From Marsupella aquatica (Eukaryota > Plantae > Marchantiophyta): DNA of 64,000 bases. The first letter of the stretch is position 1. Each line of letters starts with the position of its first letter. The translations under genes were made by a program, and so were the position numbers. Below the pieces are notes generated by a model. That model made no database searches, had not been told where the DNA came from, and saw only the letters and a list, made by a program, of their open reading frames with translations. Shown here piece after piece: positions 39,704-52,211 of the stretch. The DNA lies in assembly GCA_973895155.1 (NCBI GenBank), contig OZ316891.1, positions 17,606,095 to 17,670,094 of the forward strand, written 5' to 3'.

Positions 39704-42700
39704 TCACTTTGATCTTTTACTTATTTCAAGAGCCAGTGAATAAACTATATTTCTTCTTGCTGAAGTTTCCTCGACAACCAGCTTGCTTGCCTGCAAAACA
39801 ACAATGCAACGGCATCACAACCAAATTTCTCGTACGACTCCAGCTCAGCAAAAACTGTCCCTGAAGTGCGCCTATACATGAAACTTGCTTTACTAAAAAC
39901 GAGCTTTACTAGACACGAGCTTACTTCTGAAGGGCTTTTTCCAGCATCCATGAGGATCTCCAGTCGAGACATCAACTCCTCCTTTATGTCCTGCTGTACA
40001 CCAGCTCCTTCCGGATGGCCTTCCACGATCAGTGTTAATTCTCCACGAGGTTGCCGTATCTCAAACTCCACTTTCGCGTCTTCTAGTGTACTGCGCCAAA
40101 ACTTCAATCGTGGCACCGTGTAAGTGCAAATTCTATGACGCACTTCAAGTAACCCTTGCAGAATGTAGAGTGCGAGTCTCCCGAGTCCCTAATTTTTTAG
40201 TAGCTGAGACATTCACAAGACATGAGAAGTACCTCTTCATGAAGCTTTGTCATCTCCCTTGCAATTGCACACCGCCTCCATGAAGCATATGACAAAGTAG
40301 TGCAATAACGATAGGTTAGTTCTATGCCACCAGCAACGGGAGGATCTGATTCTTACTGTTTATCAAAGCAAGTGTCGAAGTCAGAGTAGAAAGATAGAGC
40401 TGGTAGTTTCACGTTGCCATCCAATTCAATGCGACTGGAAAGCAGAATTACAGTACCTTGAACCACCAAAGGTAGAAATGAAATCATTCAAAACCCTGCA
40501 AAGCTTGTGAGGAGGGACGTAGAAAATTTGTGTTGCTGACTCTTTAGCTGCAGCCGATAGTCGCTTTCGACGTGAACTTGCTTGTGCCGGTAGAAAACCA
40601 ACTGGCACAGCATGCAGTCAGACTTTAGGACCTCTCTCTTCAAAGGATGAAAATTCTGGGATGATTCGTTGTGAGTCGTTTAACCTTCATGCCCAGCATA
40701 TATGCAGGTATTGTTATGGAGAATCAATTAACCGACCACAAGAATTGCTGAAGCTGACCACGCACCACAGTTCTTTAGGTCAAATCTTCACAAAAGCCTG
40801 GTTCCACAAGGCATGCCGTGTAAACAATTGCTTACCGAATGAGAATTCTTCAGTGGGCAGGCCTGAAGCAACAAGTGCAGTTAAGGCAGCAGATGGCCCA
40901 GGGATGGGGAAAACTTTCACGTTCTCTTCCACACATGCCTTCACCTGATTGCCATATACATCCATCAGTGGGGTAAGATTTGTGACATGACTTAGAGCAC
41001 AAATCTAGTATCTCCCATGAACAATCTGACCATCAGACGATAAAGTTCGAACAGGCATCTGAATTTCTAGCCATGGAGCAATCAAGAGACGTAGTAACAG
41101 TAGCAAAGCTGTGGCTACAAGCATCCCAGGAAGGACTTCAATTGTGCAGGTTTAAGCCACAACAAAACGAACCAGTTCACTACCAGGATCACTTATGCCA
41201 GGCATTCCAGCATCGCTTATAAGAGCAAGAATTTCACCCCGCTGAAGTCTCTGAATAAGTTCCCGTCGGCGAGCATTTTCATTAAATTTGTGATAACTCA
41301 TCTGTGAACCATTCAACCAAGAAAATGAATATTGAAATAACATCCAATCATATTGCCCAGAACAACAAATCTTCAACCTTGCCTGCCCTCCTTTGCCAGA
41401 AAAGGCTTCCCAGAAGTAAAATAGAACCAACTGTCCAGAACTCTTACTCTGAGCTATGTGGTTGGAGAATGTATACTCACAGTTGGTGTAGAAATTCCAT
41501 AATGTTGGAGTAATTTAGACGAGTGCCTAGTGTCCTCAGCTAAAATGCAGGTTGCGGACTTCAAAGTTCTTAATGCCCTGTTTTCAACTGGATTAGCGAC
41601 ACAGAAACGCAAAGAAAATCTTTTCAAGAGAATTGAGGCATCAAAATGGGATGTGCATTCCCTGTTGTTTACCTTATTGTTATATCCTCGAGATTGCCTA
41701 TTGGAGTGGCCACTAAATACAGACCAGCTTTTAATTCCTCCTGAAGCAGCCACAATTGAGTGATTCAAGTCACTAATCAAGTTTGGTGCTCGGTTGGTTA
41801 GAGAGGATTGACATTTTCTGCGTTGTAAACTACAATCACCTTACTCTCTGTATGGAAGGCATGAACACACTGATGAGCCTCAACATTGACTTGCGCAGGG
41901 GGTCGATTGAATCAATTCCGACGTACTCTGCATTAATCGCACATAGAGCATGCAACACAAGAGACAACTAGTAAAAGGAAAGAACTCAAACAAGTTGATG
42001 CTTACTCGAAACTATTTCACTAGAGCCCAGAATCATGATATAAATGGGCAGTGAGATTTAAAAATATGAAATCCCAGTAATGTGAGCATACTTCAAGAAC
42101 ATATTAGCTTGAGTGTTTGGATATCTTCATGACCGACTAACCTCCTCGTCAACCCACTTCACCTTCCGAAATCGTCCAAAATAAACTGATAAAAAAATCC
42201 TTTCCGAACGAGTACACTCCTTTGAGCTCTTAGCCACTTCAACCTTTCAATCCTTTCTCTATTAAAACACGGTAGCTTGTAGTTGACATTCACTTATCCA
42301 TTCCTTGAGGTGTGACTCTACCGTGATTTGTTACAGCCAAACTCTGGTCTCCCAATTTGAACAGAGGCCAGTATGTGACGCGATATCCTTGATGCTAAGA
42401 GACCCACTCGACCGAGATGCATGTCCGTTGGACCAACAAAGTGAACAAGCGCAAATGTAGTCGGCGTCAAGGTCCCAGTGTTTAAGCATCTTCAGGCTTA
42501 AGGGTAGGGCACAAAGAGTTCAGGTTAGCCACATGCCAATTTCGATTGTCAGGCATTGACTACTACGTTTACTCTACTAGTTTGTGAAGTGAAATTATCT
42601 CTACGTTCAATAGAGTAAGAGATATTTACCTTAGTCCTAGGTTTCACGGCCCAAAGTCTGTAATCATCCTCCCCGGACTGCATTTCACCATCCCCAAGTA

Positions 42701-43379
42701 CATCTTCCTCATTAGAGAGGTCAACACCGTCTTCTTCATGGTCCTCTCCGCCACCCTCCAGCGAAATCTCATCACGTAGAGAAGAAGAAGCCGTTGTCGA
42801 GTGATTGCCGAGATCATCCTTGACAGAAGAAGCCACATACCCACTTACTGATTGATTAAAGCCTCTCTCAGCCACTGACGTCCACCATAAATCCCTTCTT
42901 AAACCCACAGATGGTCTCAACGCGCTGAGATCTGGAAACCCTCCTAGCATTGGGTTCTTTCTGCATACCGCACGGAATTCGTAAACGGGACAGTTCGAGA
43001 ATGACCCGACTAAGGAAATGTGACTTTTGGACTCCCCATCATCAGGATTCACCTTCTTCCAGCTCCTGATGGGCTTGACCAAGGACGGAGCTGACAGGAA
43101 GTTGCCATCTCTGAGAACATTTCTGTGACCAGTTGACGATAGTAGTTTCATGTTTCGGAATGTCACTGCAATCACAGCTCCATAATTTTCTGGCAGTGTG
43201 TGAATCACGGACATGAGGTTTCCACCTCTGCACATTATTGAAGAAGGACCACTGTCATTCGCCTCACTCGCTCTCGGTTTCCACCATGAGCACCTCGTCG
43301 ATCCTGAAGCAGCCCAGGAACTTGGATTTTCTCCTACAAATGCTCCAACGTTTGGTAACAAGCCATACGCCCATGCCAA
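39704..43379 (-). CDS. rsmI: Ribosomal RNA small subunit methyltransferase I (RsmI, tetrapyrrole methylase family), organelle-targeted, ~9 exons
   Basis: Exons give [80 protein letters not shown]...IFYVPPHKL-AIAREMTKLHEE-FWRS...PRGELTLIVEG-...VYSLALEISKRSK*. Exon 1 encodes a long N-terminal extension. Confidence 0.92.
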
Positions 43380-43608
43380 TCATAGCCATAAGTTCAGATT
43401 GGATTTCAAACCATTTGCTGGGACAATAATTTTACCCATGAGATGTACAGAAACATGTAAATGAAACCACGATGATATGGATTCAGTATAAAAACCTTCT
43501 CTCAGGATTTTGGAATCATATCCAAGCTCAAAGGTTTGGATGTAGATCTCGTCTGAGCTTATGATTCATGTCAATGAAATGAGTCAAACTTTTCATTATA
43601 GAGGTATA

Positions 43609-43929
43609 CTAGCAGCATTACCCGTTCCTTGAACATAAATAGATCCCAAGAGAAAAATATATCCCACCAAAAAAAATCTATGCTATTCCCCTTAATTTTT
43701 GCCCCGTCCTTGTTTTAGGTCCACCCTCATTTCAGTTTTGTCTTTATTATTTCAGTTTTGTTACTTTTGCCCCCATCCCTTTTTTTCTGTCCCACCCCCA
43801 TTTTAAGTTTTGTCCTTATTAAGTCTCATTAGCAGTTTTTGTCTAAAGTGAGAGTTATGGTCTAGAGGTTTCACTCTAGACCATAGGCCTTAACAATAGC
43901 TTCCCTTCGCGACTTATTAGTAATATATA
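43609..43929 (-). mobile_element. Small non-autonomous Helitron-like element
   Basis: Minus strand ends ...GTTCAAGGAACGGGTAATGCTGCTAG|T (degenerate subterminal hairpin plus CTAG) and starts with an AT-rich TATATATTACTAATAAG lacking the canonical TC. Internal 12-bp hairpin TATGGTCTAGAG-N6-CTCTAGACCATA (43856-43885). A related inverted copy lies at ~51380-51600. Confidence 0.5.
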
Positions 43930-44874
43930 TCAAAGTGCCAAGGCTAGGGCAAAAAAGCCAAACCACTACATACGGTCTGGGGCCTGTATGGGGATGAAAT
44001 TGAGCAGTCATACGGTCATATGAAGTTGAACGGTCTGGCTTCAACTACAACCTTTAGAACCGGATCGTACAACAGTATGACCATTCTATGGAAGTAGTTG
44101 AACGGCCATATGGTCAAATGAAGTCATATGGTCTGGCTTCAACTACATGCAGGTGACCCGGACTGACCAAGTGTGTCCTCAAGTTGTGATCCAAAGTCCC
44201 TTTCTTAAAAAACAAAATCCATGACTGCCCCACGGACTTTATAGCAAACCTTATAAAGGAACCACTAGTAGCAAAACCCCTTCTCCTGCAGTAACTGCCG
44301 TTGTGTTTAGCAAAGGTGAGGTGTTTGGTCTTATTATTGCTGAACAAATTGGCAATTGACTTTTTATCTTGGTAGTTGTCGACCCTCCCATAGACCACAT
44401 TTGCACTCAAGACACTCCAAACAATGGCCTCTCACATCCTACACTCCATCCCATGTTCAGATTCTCCAATTATGATTTTTATAACCATTCTGGTGAATCC
44501 ACTTCTCTAATCTTGTATATTCATCACTTCAGACTTTTGTTTGTGCCCCTTGGTGTCTTCCATCTATGTTTGATGGCACTTAGTCAAGCACCTTTTCACT
44601 CAGCTTTGCCAGGACTAACATTTTTAATATACAAAAACACAATTGTTGCCTCAATCCCACCCTTGTTTTGTGTTTATACTTTGGAGAGCTTTACTAACAG
44701 CATCCAAGCATAAATTTGTGGATGATGTTGTGGACAGACTGTTCAGGCATTCACAAAAATTGAGGATCACAATGCACTATTCTCCAAAACAAAGTGACTT
44801 TGGTCAGCTGGCCGGGGATTAGGCGCCTACCCAGGTTCAGATGCCCCTCCCCAGGGAAGGGTTGTGGAGGGTAT

Positions 44875-44918
44875 GTGTGTGTGTGTGTGTGTGAGGGGGG
44901 GTGGGGGGGGGGGGGGGT
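44875..44918. repeat. (GT)n microsatellite followed by poly-G tract
   Basis: gtgtgtgtgtgtgtgtgt then gggggggtgggggggggggggggg. Confidence 0.9.
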
Positions 44919-45065
44919 TTAGGGTCTATCCTCTGTTGGAAGGGACAAATTTAGGTTTCAAGGCAAAAACCTAAAAATAAAATGAAACACTTGTAAAGCA
45001 ACCAGGCATTTGCCTTCATAAACCATCTCATGTAGACCAGGATATTACTCGTAGCTAGATAGCTT

Positions 45066-45409
45066 TGTTGAGCATAGACGACATTCGCAACGGCAAGCCC
45101 ATGAACCATCAAATGCACAACAGTCGACACAGAGAGATACGTGATTCACCTCCACATGAGGCTACGTCCACGGGAACACACAAGAGCTTTACTGCACTCT
45201 AGGCCGATCGACCATACCAAGCATCCACAGCACAAGCTCTCCCTATCTCTCAACTAGCTCCGTAACAATGAGCCTAAGTTCCATCAGGGTCTGGCATCAG
45301 CCCTGGCTATATGCACAACAGCACTACCGCTAACATTAGCTAAGTCCTAACACGAGTTAGCCTAGCTGTAGTTAGCTCATGAGTCACAAGACTAGAGCAA
45401 TATCTAACA
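45066..45409. mobile_element. Possible copia-type solo LTR
   Basis: TGTTG...TAACA ends. The internal GAGATACGTGATTCACC...GGCTACGTCCACGGG resembles a motif common in plant copia LTRs. No TSD found. Confidence 0.35.
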
Positions 45410-45477
45410 TTTATCTTACAAAGCATTATCACACAGGGTGCAAACCACATCTAAATGCAAGTCTTGGTCCCAGTAAT

Positions 45478-45567
45478 GTGCACTTAGGGCTGTCTTGCAT
45501 TTGAGGGTACTGAAGTAATCTAACGTGCACTTAGGGCTGTCTTGCATTTGAGGGTACTGAAGTAATC
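45478..45567. repeat. Two-copy tandem duplication, 47-bp period
   Basis: gtgcacttagggctgtcttgcatttgagggtactgaagtaatc x2. Confidence 0.9.
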
Positions 45568-47139
45568 AACCCTATGTGTGATGAGCTGAAACCATGGGAC
45601 TAATTGAGACTTTCTTGCCTTGGGCCCCTCTCGAGCCAGTCCTCATTGTTAAGTATTGCTCTTAGTCTTGTGATTCTCGGGCTAACCGTAGTTAAACTAA
45701 CTCAGGTTAGGACTTAGTTTAGGTTAGCAGTGATGAATGCTATATATAACCACGGTTGATACCAGTCCCTGGTGGATCTTCAGTTCATTGTTGGAGTGGA
45801 GCAAGAGAGAAACAAAGGTCTCTTGTTTTCCCGTGGACATAGCCTCAGTCATGAGGTGAACTGTGTACTCGCTATGTCGATTATTTTGTATAGTGTTCAC
45901 ATGTGCATGGTGTCTCGAGATAAAGATTATCCCCAACACTCATGGCTAAACGAGAGCACTTTCAAGGGCAAGGGCCGCAATTTCCCCACCTTGCAATCTC
46001 ATATAAACAAAATGAAATACTTGCCTAAGTCAATTGTGTGCAGATTTTGTATGTCACTTTTTTGAGTCCTAACAGCTGCATTAATTTTTAAGACCATGGC
46101 ACATGCAAATTGCCCTCATAGGGACGCAACAACTACTCTAGGTGTCATTGAGACACAGCTACTCTAGGTGTGTTTGCCCGGACAGAGTAAATGGACAAGG
46201 TTTAGGGTTTCTTGTGGTCCTGGACCCTGAAGCAGTTACTGTACCGTACCTCTGGCTGTACTAGTGTGGAGTTGGTGCACGAGCTTTGCATCGCGTTGTG
46301 GTCTCTCCTTCCTTTCTGTCATTCAGTCGTCGGAGCGCTCCTTTGATTCATCAGTTCGTTCGCAACGACATTAGAAGGTTGCGAGGAACTTGTTGAAGCT
46401 CCGCGCAACAATCTTCTTGCTAGCTCTGTCTCATTTGAAGTCGTTCGGAAGAACTGTAGGTGGAAGCATTTTCTCAAGCTCTCTAGCGCTGTGGCTCAAT
46501 TGGGTCTCTATTTTATTTTCACTCATCGCTGGCGCACCACGGCACTGTAGTCGCAACGGTGCTTCCTCGATGAAGCGTTGGGTTCTGGCGAAATTTAAGA
46601 AGTCCTCTGGATCTCGTCGGGCATATGCATGATTGATAGTTTACTCGACAGGAGGTTTGGATTGGATGTGAGAGACTCCATAGCAGAAATCTCTGCTCGC
46701 CCCAAGACATGAGAAACGGTACGATAGTGGCTGTCTGTCTTGACTGACCCCGTCTGCCTCGTTTTCGTTCGCTACTACATTTGGTTTCCAGCATTTTGTC
46801 AAAGCTCAGCATGGAACATCGAAGCTGTACAAATACTCTGTCTGTGCACGGGCATTTTGAGCATTCAGCGATCTTTGAATTTGACGTACTAAAATTTCTG
46901 CAATGCTGGTTGGCTCCTGCAGTTCACGTGAACGTTTCTGCGGCAATCGGGACTCCCGGTTATCATTTCGTTAGAAGCAACTGAAAAAGATTAAGATTCT
47001 CCCCTGGTTTCTTCACCTGCCCCGTGCGATTTTCCCTGCGGACAACACTTGTTGCTAGGGAGGGCCACTTCACCGGGGAATTTCAGGGGCGCGTTTCTTG
47101 ATCAGGGACAAAGGGAGAAATCTGGGAGGGAGGGAAGCT

Positions 47140-49050
47140 ATGGAGACTCTGGTGTCGACAGCCCTCTCTTCGTCATTACTCTCAACGCCAGAATACAAGG
47201 GCAGCAATTTTGTCTGCAATGGAAATTCGTCCTCCTCTCGATGCGGCTGCAGCTCCAGAAGCACCAGTACCGGCATCTCGGTTGTGGCGTCATCTGAAGG
47301 CAGCAGCAGCAGCTTCCGGATGCCCAACATCCCGAATAAGGAGAAGCGAAACCCACCAGTGCTGAGGGGTTCTGCCATCGCCTCCCCTTCTCAAGAGTCA
47401 GCTAGTTTGGACAAATTAGTGGAGTCCATCCCCACCTCCGCACCGTTGTCTTTGAAGGTCTCTCCAGATTCATTACAATACGAGACGGGCTACTTGGGAG
47501 GCATTTCTGAGCTGACATGTCCAGCAGAACTCTGCGAGGCAGCTGAGGCAATGTCGTACCTCACACGGATCTTGACCTCCAAGGTCTACGATGTGGCAAT
47601 CGAATCACCGCTAGAATTCGCCCCCAAGCTGAGCGAGAGAGTAGGCAACCGCATCCTGCTGAAACGAGAGGACATGCAGTCCGTTTTCTCTTTCAAGCTC
47701 CGTGGCGCTTACAACATGATGGCCAACTTGTCCCCTGAGCAGCTGGAGAGAGGCGTGATCTGCTCCTCCGCTGGGAACCATGCCCAGGGAGTTGCATTGG
47801 CAGCCAGGAGGCTGAACTGCAATGCCGTAATTGCCATGCCTGTCACCACCCCCGACATAAAGTGGAAGTCTGTGGAAAGGTTGGGAGCTGAGGTTGTCCT
47901 CGTTGGAGATGCCTACGACGAGACCCAATCCTATGCAAAGCAGAGGGCCATTGACGAGGGCCGCGTGTTTGTGCCACCCTTTGATCATCCAGACGTCATA
48001 GCAGGGCAAGGGACGGTTGGGTTGGAGATAGTCAGGCAACAGCAAGGGCCTCTCCATGCTGTCTTTGTGCCTGTGGGAGGAGGCGGTCTCATCGCTGGTA
48101 TAGCTGCTTACATCAAAAGGGTTAGACCAGACATTCGCATTATTGGAGTAGAGCCGGTGGATGCTAATGCCATGGCCTTATCCCTGCACCATGGCCAGAG
48201 GGTTCTCCTGGATCAAGTCGGGGGCTTTGCGGATGGTGTGGCAGTGAAGTGCGTAGGACAGGAAACGTTCCGGCTGTGTAGAGAGCTGATTGATGGAGTT
48301 GTACTGGTGAACCGTGACGCCATTTGCGCAGCAATTAAGGATATGTTTGAGGAGACGAGGAGTATATTAGAACCGGCAGGTGCCTTGGCTTTGGCTGGTG
48401 CCAAAGCTTATTGCAAATATTACGGACTGGAGAACGAGACAGTGGTGGCTATAACAAGTGGAGCCAATATGAATTTCGCCCGGCTTGGATTGGTCACAGA
48501 GCTCGCTGAGGTTGGAGCTCGTAGAGAGGCTGTGCTAGCCACCTACATGCCAGAGGAACGTGGTTCGTTCAGCAAATTTGTTAAAGCAGTAGGACCTGCG
48601 AACGTCACGGAGTTCAAGTACAGGTTTAATGACCCCAAACAAGCTCTTGTGCTTTGTAGTGTTGGGGTCAGCAGCGAGGAACAGCTCAACGTCATCAAAT
48701 CTGCTCTGGAAGACTCGAGCCTGAAGACTTTGGATTTGACTAACAACGATCTAGCCAAGGACCACTTGAGGTATCTTATGGGCGGGCGAGAGAGAGTGGA
48801 GAATGAGGTGCTCTTGAGATTCGTATTTCCAGAGAGGCCAGGTGCACTCATGACTTTTCTAGACGCTATCCCAAGATGGAACATTTCTCTGTTCCATTAC
48901 CGGTCTCAGGGTGAGATGGGTGCTAATGTCTTGGTGGGTTTGCAAGTTCCCCCGGAGGAGGAGGGAGATTTCTTCGCCGATGCCGATAGACTGGGTTATG
49001 CCTATCAAGATGAACGACAGAATGAAGCGTATCAACTCATCATGCACTAA
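47140..49050 (+). CDS. OMR1: Threonine dehydratase (deaminase), biosynthetic, chloroplastic; intronless CDS
   Basis: Ser-rich transit peptide, PLP-lysine motif KREDMQSVFSFKLRGA, SAGNHAQG, PVGGGGLIAG, EPAGA, SGANMNF, and two C-terminal ACT-like regulatory domains (PEERGSF, FPERPGAL). Confidence 0.97.
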   Translation: METLVSTALSSSLLSTPEYKGSNFVCNGNSSSSRCGCSSRSTSTGISVVASSEGSSSSFRMPNIPNKEKRNPPVLRGSAIASPSQESASLDKLVESIPTSAPLSLKVSPDSLQYETGYLGGISELTCPAELCEAAEAMSYLTRILTSKVYDVAIESPLEFAPKLSERVGNRILLKREDMQSVFSFKLRGAYNMMANLSPEQLERGVICSSAGNHAQGVALAARRLNCNAVIAMPVTTPDIKWKSVERLGAEVVLVGDAYDETQSYAKQRAIDEGRVFVPPFDHPDVIAGQGTVGLEIVRQQQGPLHAVFVPVGGGGLIAGIAAYIKRVRPDIRIIGVEPVDANAMALSLHHGQRVLLDQVGGFADGVAVKCVGQETFRLCRELIDGVVLVNRDAICAAIKDMFEETRSILEPAGALALAGAKAYCKYYGLENETVVAITSGANMNFARLGLVTELAEVGARREAVLATYMPEERGSFSKFVKAVGPANVTEFKYRFNDPKQALVLCSVGVSSEEQLNVIKSALEDSSLKTLDLTNNDLAKDHLRYLMGGRERVENEVLLRFVFPERPGALMTFLDAIPRWNISLFHYRSQGEMGANVLVGLQVPPEEEGDFFADADRLGYAYQDERQNEAYQLIMH

Positions 49051-50545
49051 TGTCCATTGTATTTAATTTCTTTTGTTGGGAGGGGGGGGGGGGGGCGGGA
49101 GCTTCTTTCTTCTGGGAGTGGCCTGTCATTATTTAAGGCAAGCGGGCCCTAGCCTACAGCTAATGCAAGTCATCTTTCTTACTCGCAAATTAGAATTGTA
49201 AAAGATGCGATAAGGACCGCAAGGGTGTCCTAGGTGGAATATCGCAGTATCCCGACACAGCCCTGGAAGAGGATGAAACTCATGCATCTGATTCGGATGA
49301 TGAATGCTACACGTTCTCTTTGGCCCGGCGAGGGACCCAGAGTAAGTGAATTCTCACTTGTAACATTTTGGCCGCAAGCAGTAATTGTAATCTTTCCCGT
49401 TCTACTTATGAAGATATTCGCTGGGAGGGTTTCCGAAACTAATTTTGTACCGTCAGCACAGTAGACAAGGGTAGTGCAGGACACCTGAGTTGGGAAGATG
49501 AGCTTTGCGGAATGTCTTGGTTTGCCGGAGATTATAGGTTCAGATTTCAATGCCGCACCATCAAAACGATCCCTGGTTGGCAAGTGGAGATCAATCTTGG
49601 TACTATCCCTTTCACTCCGGCCCATCTGGAGTCTGGTGGTCCGTATTCGACCTTGTATCTCCTGTGAGAGGATGTTATGTGGAAGGTCAAATTGAAAGCA
49701 AAGCTCAGGCGTTCAAAACTCATCTTTCCGAGTTTGACATCAAATTTGCGTTACTATCAAACGTGAGAGATTCTTCGAAACATTTACTCCACAGCCAATT
49801 GTTTCAGACTACAAACATCAGTGCTCTTCTCTCCGACCAGATGGAGAGATACTACCACGCGAAGGAGCAAGACTTGTGCCTCTAGTCGAGCAAGCAATTT
49901 CCCTAGCTATTTGTCTAGTGGCTTTCTTACCTTGATGGCCAATTCCTCTCTTTGCCATGCACTAAATGTTCTGGCTTTCTTAGCATTGTTGGAATTTGCT
50001 GGAATTGTGTAATATAAAACGCTGATGGCTGGCTGCATTATGTCCAGCTTTTGTTTATTCACGTTTCACGTCCCTCAGTTGGATCACTACGGAACTGGGC
50101 CAGATTTGGGGGTCATCGGTGAGCTGATTATGGGGGGTCGGTAAATGCAATACTAGTTAAATCTTGCATCGACGCACCTATTCATATGTCTCTTTTAGCA
50201 ATTTTGTCGCGTGTTGTCAAGAAGTCTTGCAAGGGAAGCTTCTATTTAAGTGTATAGATGTTTGTGGCAGCAAACTTCCGTTGCACGTATTGTGGGATTG
50301 CAGTTAGCAAGTTTGCACTTATCACGGGTTAACTGGACTTCCATCCCAACTCGGGATGCAGAGTCTACGAGGCGGAATGCCCATTTTTTGAATGTTATTA
50401 ACAAAAATTATCCTGATGATCATCATTTTGACATCCTATGGTTTTTCCAGCCCTAGAACCAGTCTAGAGGCTCCAGAAGCCTAGATCCCAACTCTAGCTT
50501 TTCATATCTTTTTATTTGTAAGATGCCCCAAAGGCCAGATGAACC

Positions 50546-50744
50546 CATATGTCGAAGGTAATGATTGCAAAGCAAAGTCTATCCATGGATTGAAGTTACC
50601 AGCCCTCTGGCTATGGAGTGGACTCTGGGCACATTGTAATAACAGAGGCATACGTCGAAGGTAATGATTGCAAAGCAAAGTCTATCCATGGATTGAAGTT
50701 ACTAGCCACTGGCTATGGAGTTGACTCTGGGCACATTGTAATAA
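50546..50744. repeat. Two-copy tandem duplication, 103-bp period
   Basis: gtcgaaggtaatgattgcaaagcaaagtctatccatgg...gggcacattgtaataa at 50551 and 50654. Confidence 0.9.
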
Positions 50745-51379
50745 AAGGCTGCACTAAAACATAAAAGCGCGCGAAGGTTGTAATAATCACCTGAATTTAA
50801 GAGCAATAAACCTAGCAAGGCAATATCCAACAACGGGGGAGAAGCAAAATGCAAAGGATGGAGAGGCTTGGTGGGGGAAATAAACCAGCTGGATACAAGA
50901 AAACTGTGTATAACAAAGAGCAATACTCTAAACTCAGCGAGGTATGGTTCCTTTTGAAGTGATTGGCCACAGCTTTGCGTTATTAGGGAGTTAAGCATGG
51001 AAGTTGTAATTTAAGCATTAGAGCCTAGTATATATCTTGTCTTACCCTTACAACCAGTGAGTTCGATGTGAAACTTCCATGCTCTGCTTTTCCAGTGTTT
51101 GGTCGAATCAACCAAAGAGTTGACAATCCTCAGATCCAAGTAACACCTTTGCAAAAACCTTCTGATGTACCCTGTATGACAATTCTCTTTGATACTGGGA
51201 AGGAGCAATGTGCACTGAATTCAATATTAACTACAATTTAAACCACAACTACAAGTGATTTACTCAGTCAGTACCAATGATTCTTCAATATTTTTTCTTA
51301 CAGCACAGTGTGAATCTTTGCTTTGTATGTTTGATAAACAATATTGTATTAACGAAACATGATGCAAAGCTACTTTCCA

Positions 51380-51600
51380 GGGCTATGGTGGAGAGTAAAG
51401 CCTCTAGACCATAACTCTCCTCTCAATAAACACAAAACTCAAATGGGGGGTGGACAAAAAACAGGGATGAGGTAGAGTTGAAAGGGAAATAGCATAGAAT
51501 TCTTTTTCTGCAAGATTTTGTTTTTTCTTAGTCTCTATTAGAGATGAAGGGAAAGTAGCATAGAATCTTTTTTTACAAGATTTTGTTTTGTCTTAGTCTC
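51380..51600 (+). mobile_element. Partial second copy of the 43.6-43.9 kb Helitron-like family (opposite orientation) with internal ~66-bp duplication
   Basis: cctctagaccataactctc...caaaactcaaatggggggtggac...aagggaaatagcataga matches the reverse complement of 43680-43890. A further fragment atggtctagaggtttcact lies at ~51738. Confidence 0.6.
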
Positions 51601-52211
51601 AATAAGCTTGAATACCCATTTTTTGAATATTAATAGGAATGATGACAATATTCTTCATGTACGATCATCATTTAACATACACACATATATCCATTCCTCA
51701 TTCTTTCCATCTGCAAAATTTGGTGGGGCCCTAAGTCATGGTCTAGAGGTTTCACTTTAGAAGCCCAGACCCCAACTCTAACTTATGTTTGCAATTTATC
51801 AGTAAGATTTAAGTTGGGTAATCTGGTTAGTGTGCCATAATCTTCCACTTAACAGTATGCAGCAACTTTTTCTATTTCGTAATTCCTTGGTACAGCCTGG
51901 ACAGTTAGTTCTGCTTTTGTCCTCTGCTATTCAGGCATGCTTTAAGCTTACTATAGCAGTGTCACTTGTGCGGTCCTGAGAGGGACAATTACACATTGTA
52001 ATCCCAGGTCTGACTTAGTTTTCCCATGAAAACCAATGTAAAATCCGATATAAAACATGTGCAACTATTTCTAAAATGGCATAGCAACTTACTTGTAAAA
52101 CCCTAAGCGAGGGATTTGATTACAGTAAGTGAACTCGTTCCTCGTGCACATGACTGTGCAGAAAGGCAGCATAATTATATGTGATTGCACCTTGAGCTCT
52201 CTCCACATCAT

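Noticed and set aside
47098-47139. ORF-track starts at 47098 (TTG), 60454 (GTG) and 54384
   Set aside because: Eukaryotic genes; the true starts are the ATGs at 47140 and 60625, and 54384 lies in an intron just upstream of a splice acceptor.
49230-49885. Gene or pseudogene downstream of threonine dehydratase
   Set aside because: Overlapping short ORFs on both strands without motifs; likely 3' UTR/intergenic.
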